DNA from: Octopus bimaculoides
Taxonomy: Eukaryota
DNA length: 64,000 bases
Assembly (NCBI RefSeq): GCF_001194135.2
Contig: NC_068983.1
Span: forward strand, 136,247,099-136,311,098
Direction: 5' to 3'
The notes below the pieces were generated by a model, which was not told the origin of the DNA, made no database searches, and worked only from the letters and a program-made list of their open reading frames with translations. Position numbers and translations under genes: made by a program. Below, piece by piece: positions 1-12,050 of this stretch. Numbering within the stretch: the first letter of the stretch is position 1; each line of letters begins with the position of its first letter.

Positions 1-899
1 TAAATCATTAAGACAAGTGCACATGTGTATATGAGATATTGAATTATCGAATTGAACACACAGATTCACAACAGAATGGAAAAAAGAAACAAAAACACTC
101 ATAGAAAAAGAAAAGAGGATTTATAATTCATGAATAACCTGAATTTCATATTTAAGAAATGTATATAGTGACAATGTAATAATTCTAATTCAGTAATATT
201 TATTATTAATATAATACGAATGTGTGCAACAATTAGAAGATAAGCTTGATTCCCAATTGAAACCATTTCAATTATATCTCTAACACTCTTGAGAAATATA
301 CAGACATTACACAGTTTTGTTGCCTCTTTCTCCAAACATTTTTTACTGTGAATTTATGTAAAAAAATCAATTTAATATAATATTATTGCAACAGATTAAT
401 CTAGTCAATATATAAGGAAACTATATTTTCTTAATTTTTCTTAATGTAAGGTGATATAGATTTGGGAATCATTAGACAGAAAAAATAGTTTAAATATTTT
501 TAATGCAAGTTGAACCAATAATAAAAATTACTTGCGGTGCCCAGCATCGTAGGATAGTTCACTGCTGATGTAAGTTATATATAATTATTTCTTATATTTG
601 ACTAATGCTTGACAGAGAATAATTGAATAAATCCACTCTGAACTATGATACCAGTAATTTTAGCAACTCAAGAACAGTGGAAAACAGTCAAACCAAGTGA
701 GATATGATGTTAGTAAATGATTGAAACTTTTTATTTTATTTTTACCATTTTGACAAGAGGATGCAGTAAAGGCAGCTGCAAAGCACTTTACTGTTTCTAC
801 CAATTTACTATTATTGTGTTTTATGATAGCTGATTAATTTTGACTTGGTGAGTGACAAATATTTCTTCTTATAATGAAGTGTACAGTCAATTGAATTAT

Positions 900-1128
900 T
901 AGTTATTTTGGTGCCATGTAAAAAGCACTGGTGATGGTGCCACAAAATGCACCCAATACACTCTGTAAAGTAGTTGGTGTTAGAAAGGGCATCCAGTTGT
1001 AGAAATAAAGCTCAAACAGACTACAGAACCTGGTATGACCCCTGGTTTTTCCATTTCCTGTCAAGCTGTCCAACCCATGCCAGCATGGAAAATGGATATT
1101 CTAATATGGAAAACAGATGATGATGATT
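900..1128 (+). mobile_element. Repeat family A copy
   Basis: aagggcatccagttgtagaaa..gtccaacccatgccagcatggaaaa..gatgatgat. Confidence 0.75.
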
Positions 1129-1260
1129 TATAAGCAATAGATTGATGAATGGAAAAAATGAAATAAAGCAGAATTCAAATACTGGTCCAACAGGGTAAAA
1201 TAAATGTTAAGGGCTTAATCCAGCAAATTAGCATCATTGTTATATTTATGGTCATTCTAT

Positions 1261-1331
1261 AGTTTTATCAGTCAATTAAAAAATATCAGTTTTGTAGTTT
1301 TATCAGTTAATTAAAAAATATCAGTTTTGTA
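1261..1331. repeat. 35-bp tandem duplication
   Basis: agttttatcagt[c/t]aattaaaaaatatcagttttgt x2. Confidence 0.85.
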
Positions 1332-2862
1332 ACAATGTGATATGCTAGTCTACAGTGTAGCATCATTCTTTGTATCTTGGTCCTACTATTATTTTCTGTG
1401 ATCACTCTGAAGAGCTCAAAACAATTATCACTAAATAATAGTTAAAAACATGGATAACTCCTACAAAAAATAGAAACAAAGGAAAGCTCCTCTGCAATTT
1501 AGCCTTGATCTTCTATTATGCCCAATTATAAATGCAATGAGAATGAATATCAGATTCAGAATTAATATTCACACATCAATAAATTCATCAGTTTTGATCT
1601 AATTTTCTTCCAATGAAATTGTCTCATATTATTTTTGCATTTGCTGTTGTTAGTATTATTATTAGTGGTAATATTATCAATAAGAGAAACTATGATAATT
1701 TTTTAAATGTTAAATAAAACTGTTTGTTAGATTGAATTTTATTAATTTAATATTCTAAAAAACAAATGAAAAATAGTTTTATTCATTATTGGTTGATTTT
1801 TTTTAGTAAATGAATCAAACAGAATATATCAAGATATTTGATAATAATACAGAAGGAATTCACCAAAAGTATGCCACAATAATTGCAATAGATTTAGTGT
1901 TATCATAACAAACAGTTAAAAAAAAAGAAAGTTAATTACTGTTAAGATATAAATGAAGATAATTTTTAAGAAATTGAGTTGATGTAAAGTAATACCAATA
2001 CCATCACTGAATATATTCACTGCTCTACTATCATTATCAATATCTCTATAATTACCACATTACCAGCCACTACTGCTACTACTACTCCTTCAATAAAATG
2101 AATGGAAAGAAATATGTTGTTCATAATCACAGTTGTTATCATATTAGCAGAAGTTTTAAAATTTGTTATTATTTAGTAGCATGGGTTGGATGAGTTTGCA
2201 AATCAGTAAATATTTACACATTTCATCTTCTCTTCAGATAACTTGGGTGGGCCAATTTTCTTAGAGTTGCCCTAACATCAGTTTCAAGTTTTTCTTTTAT
2301 ACAATGGTGAATATGTGCACAAGTATAGATGCTTGCATGCAGACACTGATAAGCAGACAATAATGAGATGATAATAATTGTCAGTGCAATAAAATGTAAA
2401 AAAAAAGAAACAGATGAGTTATAAAAATGGTTCCAAATGCTGTTATCTAACCAGCTAACAAAACAATAAATCCAAAAACAACAAAATAACATATACATAA
2501 TTATATGATAAAAATATACAGATATATATGGATGCTAACCAGCTTATACTCATACAGCACTACCACTTCAACTACATACACACAGATATAGACACATATT
2601 CCTGCATGCACATATCTAAATATATATAAATATCAGACACAAAAGTGAGAAGTGAGTCACAGGCAAAAATCACTGAATATGCTACAGTTGAGAAATGAAA
2701 GATTTTGACAAATCATTCAATTAACTGACAATGCAAAAAGTGACACCAACTAAAGCATGTATTTTTATTAGTAGAATGACCCTTCCAAAATACAATGCAT
2801 GTGTGAGTGTGTGTACATTTGTATATAAATATATGCATGTAGATGTACATTTGTAAAATAAT

Positions 2863-2919
2863 ATATATATATATATATATACAAATAAATATATATATAT
2901 ATATATATANNNNNNNNNN

Positions 2920-2957
<38 letters not shown>
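2863..2957. repeat. (AT)n microsatellite interrupted by a 10-N gap (2910-2919)
   Basis: Direct inspection. Confidence 0.95.
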
Positions 2958-2965
<8 letters not shown>

Positions 2966-3644
2966 ATAAATATATGACATATAAAAACCATGTCGAAACT
3001 AAAATATATGAATATGTTAGACGAGGTGATATGATGCAATGGAAGCTCAGAAAATATTGATTAGCTAATTTAGCAACTAACATAAATCCCCAACTTTAAA
3101 ACCTAATCAGCTTCCATGAGAACGTTGGCAAAAGCCAAGACCTGTTGAAATTCTTCAAGCAAGTGTTATCTAAGAATCCCAGAAAAAGACAAAATACGAA
3201 GAGAAATTTGGAATGCATCCAATTCAGTTATTGAGATGTGCTATGAGAAGAATGTCAGAAATCAATGAATGAAAAATGTTGGTTCAAGAACTAAAATATG
3301 AATGATAATTTTGTGAATGATGCTAAGGTGATAAGTTTATGATATTTTGTGAATAAATTTTAGTCTTAGTCTTCTGTTATAATTCCATTCATATGTAGGA
3401 TATTTTTAAGGAATATTAAAATAGTATTTTATTGTATTAATCCCCCCAAAAAGAAAGGCAAATTTGACTGGTAGGATTTGAACTCTGAACGTAGAGTTAT
3501 TTTGCTGGCATTTTGTCCAATACTCTAAAAATTCTGTCAAAGTGAAAAAGGAGGGAAAAAATTGATATTTGTCAGTTGCTTTAGTATGTTCATCAGTGCA
3601 ATAAATATGTGAAACAGAGAAAAAATGTAGCAGTCATTGTTATT

Positions 3645-3810
3645 TAGCTCCAAGTCAGCTTTGACTCAATAGACCTATGATCAAGGATATTACAGCTATG
3701 GCCATACCATATTTCCTTTTAAAGGCATTATGTGCTAAGACAGCAGAATGATATGAGGGAGATTTGGTTGCTGTTTCTACAGGGCAATGTAGACATTCCT
3801 TTGTTGCCTC
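3645..3810 (+). mobile_element. Repeat family B SINE-like copy
   Basis: agacctatgatcaagg..tgagggagatttggttgctgtttcta. Related copies near 18300-18440, 30800-30930(-), 38655-38790, 43870-44050(-), 50290-50470 and 52005-52150. Confidence 0.65.
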
Positions 3811-4989
3811 AAAGAAAGTAATGTAATATTTTTATATGAACTGAAAACTGGTGTCATTTTGCTTTTCATAACATTTAATGCAGGAAGTAGCAAAATTAGG
3901 ATAACATTAGCTGTAATGTTTAGTAGTAGTTGTACAATTATTGAGTTAAGTTGATCTTCAAGCAGTAGCCAACTTCTTTGATTAATGTTTACCTGTGCAG
4001 ATGATCTCAGTTTAAGTTGGGAAACCTGTTTTTTTAAAATTTATATTTATGACTTCCACCAATGAAATTCTTGAAACAATGGCTGTTTTATTGCTGTTTT
4101 AAATAAATATTCAAAAACTACACTACACACAAGATCAGATTTGAGAGTACGACTGTATGACTGTTGTAAGAATGCCAACTTACACCACAATATCTTGTGC
4201 ACCTATTGGTTGCATTGCTTACTGAGATTGAATTTATCTCTAGTCATTGCACCATCTTAGTAAGCCAGCCTTTCAATAGCTTTTTATATACTGTTATCAT
4301 AATAACTTATTAACACATTAACATTCTTACTTTATCTCTCATAGTCTGGGGTTCCAAGATTCACTGGTTAAAAAGTTCGGCTACTGTACACAAAGCCTTA
4401 TGTTCAAGCTATATTGCAAGCATTAATTTAATAAACCCTTCTGTTATCCATGAACATGACTAAAAATAGGAACCAGCCTTGCTATTGACTAGAAGGAGCA
4501 GTCAAATTTTCCTCAAACACCTTTCTTCAGTTATAAAGAGGACATATTGAATAATGTAGTCCCAGATACTCCATGCTTGAAAAATAAAAGGTTATGTTCA
4601 CAGCTCTCTCTCTCTTTTCTCCTTCTAACAGTCACATTTTGGACACTCTGTTGTATCAAGGATGGAAGGGTAAAGAGGGTATCTTGTCACTATCATCCCA
4701 CTCGTATTTACCATCAATCATTCCTTTCACTATTCATTACATTCACCTCCATTATACATCTGGACATCTCCATCCTGTACTTATATCTATCTCTCACTCT
4801 CCTCTCAGGTTGATTCTCACAGCTGCATGCTTTTCCTATTCACCTTTTTGGACATGTCACTTGAGGTTATGTTCTAACATCTCACTGCTCCCATATTTAC
4901 CCATCTTTGTGATATCCCTCCAGCCATCCCCTACCACCTATATAAAATAGCCATGAAATTTTGTCAAGCAAGGATAGTGGGGTGGATTT

Positions 4990-5200
4990 TGTCATGTGAG
5001 TTACAAGACAGCCTCACTAGTACCGATACCACACACACAAAAAAAGCACTTGATACACTCTGTAATGAGGCTGGTGTTAGAGTATTCAGTCATAGAAACC
5101 ACGCTAAAAATGAGGTACTGGAGCAAGAAATGGTCTTCTGACTCATTGGATCCTGTCTAACCATCCAAGAAAGCAAACATATAAATGATGATGATGAGAT
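4990..5200 (+). mobile_element. Repeat family A copy (degenerate)
   Basis: aaaagcacttgatacactctgtaatg..tagaaacc..ggatcctgtctaaccatcc..aaatgatgatgatg. Confidence 0.6.
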
Positions 5201-6016
5201 GACAGTGACAATGATAATATATATATATATATTCACCAGTATTCAATAACTACACACTTAAATATATAATTTAAATATTGATTGTCTACTGAATTACAAT
5301 CAAGAAATTGGAACAAGAAAAACATTGAAATAAAGTATCATTAATTATCTAAAAATAGCAGTTGAGATGTTAAAAGAGGTGGCATGAAATCTAGAATAGT
5401 ATCTTATTCCATTTCATGGAACATTAATTAACAAGAGTTGATATGATTACATTCATATAGTTATTATTAGAGTGGCAAGTGCAGCAGAATAAGAAGCAAG
5501 CTCATGGTGTATCATATTTATGACCCAGTTCTGATTTCCGTTTAGTTACATCTTTCATATCTTTAGGGAAGGTATGAAAGTTATAGTGTTATGATTTAGC
5601 TGCTAAGCTTTATTGAAATTCATATTAGACACTACAAGCACCAATTTGAGACAGAAAAAGAACACTGTTCCTCTATCTATCTCCAATTGGTGCTTATAGT
5701 GATGGAACATGGACCATACATCTATCATTTGTTGGCTGACAGTATTACCAATGACATTAAAGAGTACTTACCACTGCTCAAATTAGGTACAATAAATTAT
5801 TTCTGATGTTATAACTGATATATTTTGGCATTCTTAACATAATCAAGTGGTAAGAATGATAAGAGGTAAAATTTTGGAGGGATCTGTCAAAATGACTTGC
5901 TTTATCAGACTATGAGTATACAGGGTAATAATCGCTTCAGGGTAAAAGTAACCTCCTTATTCACAACCTGATTTTGATTTCTGATATGCTTGCTATTATG
6001 TTACTAACACTTCTAG

Positions 6017-6065
6017 GAAAAGAATGACCATCACAATGTTTGTGTTTGCCTCTATAAACATAAAG
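6017..6065 (+). other. Candidate 49-nt exon of an unidentified plus-strand transcript
   Basis: TACTAAC branch point, acttctag acceptor and AAG|gtaagt donor. No recognisable protein. Confidence 0.3.
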
Positions 6066-7674
6066 GTAAGTCACAATCAATCAATCAACCTTCAATGTGA
6101 CTGAACAACCAAGCTCAACCAGTCAGGATTCATAATATGGGTTGTACTATTTATCTTTTTGATTGCTGAATGCAAAACATGGCTTGCAAGACCTCTATTT
6201 GGGTAATTTTCCTGAGTCACCAGCCTCTATGCCATGTTTGAGTGATTAGTATTTATAAACACATTCATCCGTAAAATCACTTATTTCATCATCCTCTAAC
6301 CTATACTGCATTAGCAATAATATGAATTTCTTAAGTTCAACTTCCTTTTTATAGGGATGGGCAGAATAGGCAAGACAGTGTTCAGTCAGTTGCATAGTTG
6401 GATCTCAAGACCAATACAAGCATTGCTGACACATTCTATCAGTCACAGAGGGATGAAATGCAAAGTTAATGCTTGAGAAAATTTGAATTGAGACATATAA
6501 AGAAGAAAACTAGACACTGTAAAGAATCTAGGGATGATTTCTCATGTTTCATTTCAACAACACTTAAAGATATTAATAAAAGAAGTAATGCTGAAAGATA
6601 TATGCTTAAGAGTGTTAAAGATAAAACTCAACCACAGGTGATTTAATCTAAGTTAAATAGGTATCAGCAATAGCTGGCTGAATGTAGTTGGTATTGAACT
6701 TCCAGCTCTGCATTCAACTGTAAAAATGTCATCGTTTACAAGTAGAACATTTTATTCTACATTAATTCAGTTCACTTAGCTGTCAAGACTGGGTTCCAGA
6801 TAATTTGGGAACGTTACTTGAAATATTTTGACATCCTATCCAGAGGGAGATAATTTCTAGCTCTTAAGAACCATTTGGTATTGAGTGATGAATTTACATT
6901 TTCACAATATACTTCTCATAAAGAAAAAAAATATGAAAATAAAATAATACCTATTTGTTTGGTCCAAATGTAATATTTCACAATTTGACAACATTTTATA
7001 TATGATAATAAAAACTTTCTATTACTTTTCATTACACATTTCCAGTTCATAGACTTAACTATATTCTACAAATTTAGGGGATTAAATCCAGAAAATATTG
7101 AGTCATGTACTCTGACAGAGTTAGAAATGAGAATAGTGAGATTACCAAGTTGTTTACAATAAAGATTCCAGACTGCTATTCTATACCCTCGTAAAGAACC
7201 AATTAAATAATTGAATTGTTTTTTGTTTTTTTTTCTGACTTTCCTAGTGATCAACAGCAAAGTTGCATAAGAAATAAACTTTGTCTTGGAATCAATGCCC
7301 TTAAACATAAATCTATTTCTGTTCAAGAACTCTACAAAGAGTATCCAATTTCTTGACTCCTCATTATAAAAATATAGATGCAGATACTATTGACCTAAAA
7401 TCATACTTTTATTTTTGCTGAAAATAATTTGACCTCAGCACTGTAATTTTATATTGAACTTTTTATGATATTTATTCTTTTCTTACTTGTTCTACTGTCA
7501 GAGTCAGATAAGTTAGGTAAAATGTTCTCTGACCTGAACATAGTATCATAATAGTAATGCAATATAAAGCTACTCTTCTCTAGTCAGGATAAGGCTGATA
7601 CCTTACCCATAGTCACCCCACTGCAACCCCCCAATCCTCAGTAATTTGTAGGCATTGCTTGTAGAATAAATCCG

Positions 7675-7870
7675 TGTGTATATGTGAGTAAATGTTGTAT
7701 GTGTGACTATGTATGTGTGCATGCTTGTGAATGTGTATGTATATGTTTGTGTAGCTATATTTGAATGTGTGTATTTTTGTGGGTCTGTGTTTGTGTGTGT
7801 ATGTGTGCCTGTGTTTGTATGTGTATGTGTATGCACCTGTGTTTTTGTGTGTGTGTTTGTGTATTTGTAT
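7675..7870. repeat. Degenerate (GT)/(GTAT) microsatellite
   Basis: Direct inspection; source of the spurious YVCV/HTHT ORFs. Confidence 0.85.
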
Positions 7871-9832
7871 AACTCAGTCTCAACCTTATCCATCTATCCA
7901 TGACATCTTACATCAAAAGCTAAAGATAGCTAAGTGTAAGTAATATCTTTACAGTTTTATGGCAAACTCTCCCATTGAACACAATGTGTTTGCATTTCAG
8001 GGAAAACAGTTTGGCAAACATTATTTTTTATTTTCTCTTTCCTTTTATTTTTTTATTTCTTTTGTAAATCATCTTTATATTACTATTTTCTAAGCTGACA
8101 TAGGTTATAAGATGCTGAAATAAGTGATTTTACAGATGGATGCATTTGCAAATACTAATCACTCAACCAACAAAATTAGAATGGTTATTATATATTAAGA
8201 TGAGTTTGCAGTAACTCCAATAAAGCAAACTGGGACTGGCAAAGCAAAATACTTAGCTGAAGAACACAACACAATACCAGTAGCAGGGTTTGAACTCTAC
8301 AGCAATCCAGTACTACTCTTTTCAGATTAACAATATTCATTGATATAAATAATTACTTACTGCCAGTTGAAACTGGCAGTAAATGGTTGACAAAACTTTA
8401 TATATAGCTTTCTTTCAATTCTTTATTGGAACTGCATTTATAACCTTTGATGGTCTCACATAAGGCATGAATATCATATCTCATTTTCCTTAACCCCTGG
8501 AATATTCCATTTCTTGTGTAATCATGGGGGTGATAATAACAGTCTGCTGATCTTGGTTTAATTGCCAACCTTTTCAATACTTTCACATAATTCAACACTT
8601 CTGGCCTGATCACTAAAGTATTTAACAATTTCTATAAATACTCAGCGAAATTGCTTAAAAAAATAACTTGAAATAAAATCTTTTAGTGGTTGTACTTTTT
8701 CCCTCTAAGTACTACTTATTACCTATGAACATTCTCTTGTATATAGTGCCTGAAATAACTCACCACCAAGCAACCATTCCAAGCCAAAGATATTCATATT
8801 TCCACTATCTTCAGTTTTGTTACATTCTGTGGGCATTAAGATTTAACAGTGCCAAGCACCAAGCAGCAGCCAGCTGTCGTGGATGACTGCTTACACTACA
8901 GTCTCTACTCCTTAAGGAATAGACACACAGAAGCAATGATGGTAATCTGATCTGAAAATATTCTTTAAGCAATGAGAAGACTTGTGTGTATTTTCTTGCA
9001 GGGTCTCATTATAGAATAGTATTCATTGCTTGGCTTGTATACAGAATAGGCTGCATGTACAATAACATATCAGAAGTCACTTCAAGTCAATGCATGAGCA
9101 TTTATGTAACATTACATTTAACTCATATCAATGATGAAGCTTGACTTGTATCTGATATGACTTATGGGATAGGATTAAAGATCTATTCACACTTACATAG
9201 TGATACATTTTGACTTATCTTAGACATATTCTATATCATTTGATTCGATTAATCATTAATATATTACTTTATGTTGTCTACTGTCACAAGTAGAACAGTT
9301 AATAAATCTGTAACTGATTTTAAGACTCAATTCACACTGGTTTAGTTCATCTAAGCTAACTGTAAATAGCTACCATGGTAGGTACAGTAAGAGGAAGGAT
9401 CAACATATAACTAACAAGTCTTTTGATAGCTTGCAAAACTGAATTCAAGTTCTGTTTCATGAAGGTTATGGAATGTCATTATAGTACTCGTACTCAAGCT
9501 GGTCACCCTTTCCATCAAGTCAGGGCAATGGATCAGTTAATGTGCCTTAACTGACATACAACTAACCATTCTTGCTTACAAAGAACAAGGGATATCTTGA
9601 TTTAGACAATGATGGCATCTTATTGTATAGTTAATTCCTGTTAAAGGCAGTTAGGCATAAAATTTTTTTACATATAAAAACAGTTCTACATTATTTCATT
9701 TTCTTTAAAAGTTTTTGTGATTTTTAACTGTCTAAATTGAATAAGATTAAAATTACAAAAAAAAAAAATGTTCAGCATTATTATGTAACTGAAATAAAAA
9801 GTATAAAGTAAGTATTTAAGCAAAACATTGGT

Positions 9833-9883
9833 GAGAAGAAAGTCTATTATTGTTTTCCAGAGAAGAAAGTCTATTATTGTTTT
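9833..9883. repeat. 27-bp period tandem duplication
   Basis: gagaagaaagtctattattgtttt x2. Confidence 0.85.
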
Positions 9884-10103
9884 ATATGATGTTAGCTTAA
9901 TTTAGAAACTTTTAAGTTGATATTATACAAAAATATAATTAAATAGAAAGTAAAGACATTGTTAGCTCTTTAGTGACATTATTTCAATGAAGTACACTAT
10001 CTCTGTATTTAAATTAATTTTGAAAACAATCAAGAATTTGGAAAGATTTATTAGAATAATGAATTTGTCATTATTTAACTAGTGTTCTGGACATAAAATG
10101 TTC

Positions 10104-10410
10104 TTAACCGTCTACACGCTGTTGTCACCCACGAGTTTTCTCCCTTATAGCTGCAGGGGTATTTTGTCACCTTGAGAAGGGTCCTTAAAATAAAACACTT
10201 TCCTACCTTTATTCCTGGTACTTAAAGATGTAAACAGAATGAGGCCAAACTTCCGGTTTCTGTCGCTATTTTCCTGGTTTATGTACTAACCATGAAGCAA
10301 TCAAGCTTTGAAATCGAACTTAGATTTTTTGATTTTTTTTTACAGAACAAAAATGGCTGCTCCTGCATTTGAAACATTTCTGGAAGAAATCTAGTTAGAT
10401 TCTAACTCAG
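10104..10410 (+). mobile_element. Possible 5' end of a piggyBac-like element (tentative)
   Basis: TTAA followed by CCGTC.., locally CpG-rich, with ACTTCCGGT, TACTAAC, a T-tract-CAG acceptor, then ATG GCT GCT.. MAAPAFETFLEEI*LDSNSDD (acidic start). No matching right end found. Confidence 0.3.
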
Positions 10411-11089
10411 ATGATAATATGAAATTATAATTGAAGGTTTTTAACTAAATATTAATACTTTAAATAAGAGATTATGCATCATAAAAACCAGAAGCTGTCC
10501 CATATGGATTGATATTGAAAGGAGTGAAGTGTAACTTCTTTCAGTTCACATAATGTGAAATTGAAAATATCCTATATCTACATTCCTTATTGGGTCTTTG
10601 TTTTTGTGTTGTGTATAGGACAGAAATGAGAATCACAGGCATATAGCATTAGTGAAGTTAATTGTTTTGTAAGCTGCAATAACTATGAGGTCAAAGTGTA
10701 GCGTAATTGACTCCATGATCAAAAGTTCAAATCTTTATATAGCAATTTTATTGTGCCATTAATTGAGGGATGCTATAGACCTAACATTGATGAGCACTGT
10801 AGTCAATAGTTTTACTCCAGTTTTCTTGAGTGGTGAAGAACAGGTTTCTCTTTTAATGGCTGAGCATCCAGCACTAAAAATAATTGCTCCAACAAAATAC
10901 CAACCATGCAAGCATGAAAATTTAAATGTAAGAGAAAAACTGACGTCTGAAACTGTATTGCAAATTAACCTTACTGGAAACTTGTTATGTCTACTATTTT
11001 TAGAAACAATGTATTATTATCAATAATAATAATACTGGTGATTGCACGACCTTACAAATGTTACCTCTAAATGAGTGTTGTCATAATTA

Positions 11090-12050
11090 AATAATAACCA
11101 CAACTGCACTAACAGGACTGGAACTCTTAACAGGGAAGGTGTTGCACATGGCAAGCAGGGAGTATCTGATCAAATTCCAGCAGGTCATCATCAAGCAGTT
11201 GATCAGGACCCAAATTGCAGTCAAAAGTGCAAAAGAAAAAGAATGAAATGGGGAAAAAATGTAAACAAAATAGTAATAGAATGCTGGCTGAGAAGTGAGC
11301 CAAATAAAAAAGGCTTCATGAAGCGAATGAAGAGAATATGGGATGCAAAAAGAAGTTTTGAAGCATCTACCTGGTGATTCATAACCTAGCAAGAGCAATC
11401 CATACAAATGACTGGTTCAGATGGAGTACAAAGCTATTGGCTGAAGAATTTTACACGGTTGTACGAAAGGATCGCTGCACAACTGGATGACTGCCTGCAC
11501 CAAGGTCACATCCCTGCCTGGATGACAAGTGGACAAATGCTGCTATGCCTCAAGGATCTCTTGAAAGGGAACTTGGCATCAAATTTTTCACTTCTAGCTT
11601 GTTTACCACTTATGTGGAAGCTTATGACCGGTGTATTAGTGGAAGAGTTATACAACCATCTGGAAAGTAACTACCTACTACCAGAACAGAAAGGATGCAG
11701 GATACAAAGTAGGGCAACAAAAGATCCTTTAGTTGATAAACTGATAATTAGAAATTGTAGATGCAGATTGACAGGAATTAATGTAGCATGGTTAGATTAC
11801 AAAAATGCATATGACATGGTACCACACAGTAAAACAATGCCATCTTAAAAATGGGAGGACATACTGAATGACATAGTCCTAGCCAAAGTGTTCAAAATAA
11901 AGATGAGATAGTCATAATTGGATTGTATTTGATTTTATGTCTAGTTTCAGAGCTCATCTAAAGTGAAACAACAACATCACAAATGAGGAAACCTGCATGT
12001 GGTCTTTTGATCTACCAGAAACAGTAACAAGATCCAGTAGATCAATAAAC
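11090..12050 (+). mobile_element. R4/Dong-clade non-LTR retrotransposon remnant, N-terminus fused to RT by internal deletion
   Basis: N-terminal KRKRMKWGKNVNKIVIECWLRSEPNKKGFMKRMKRIW and ARAIHTNDW, followed directly by RT DGVQSYWLKNF..LPLMWKLMTG..EQKGC..VAWLDYKNAYDMVPHS (ORF 11408-11848). Confidence 0.85.
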
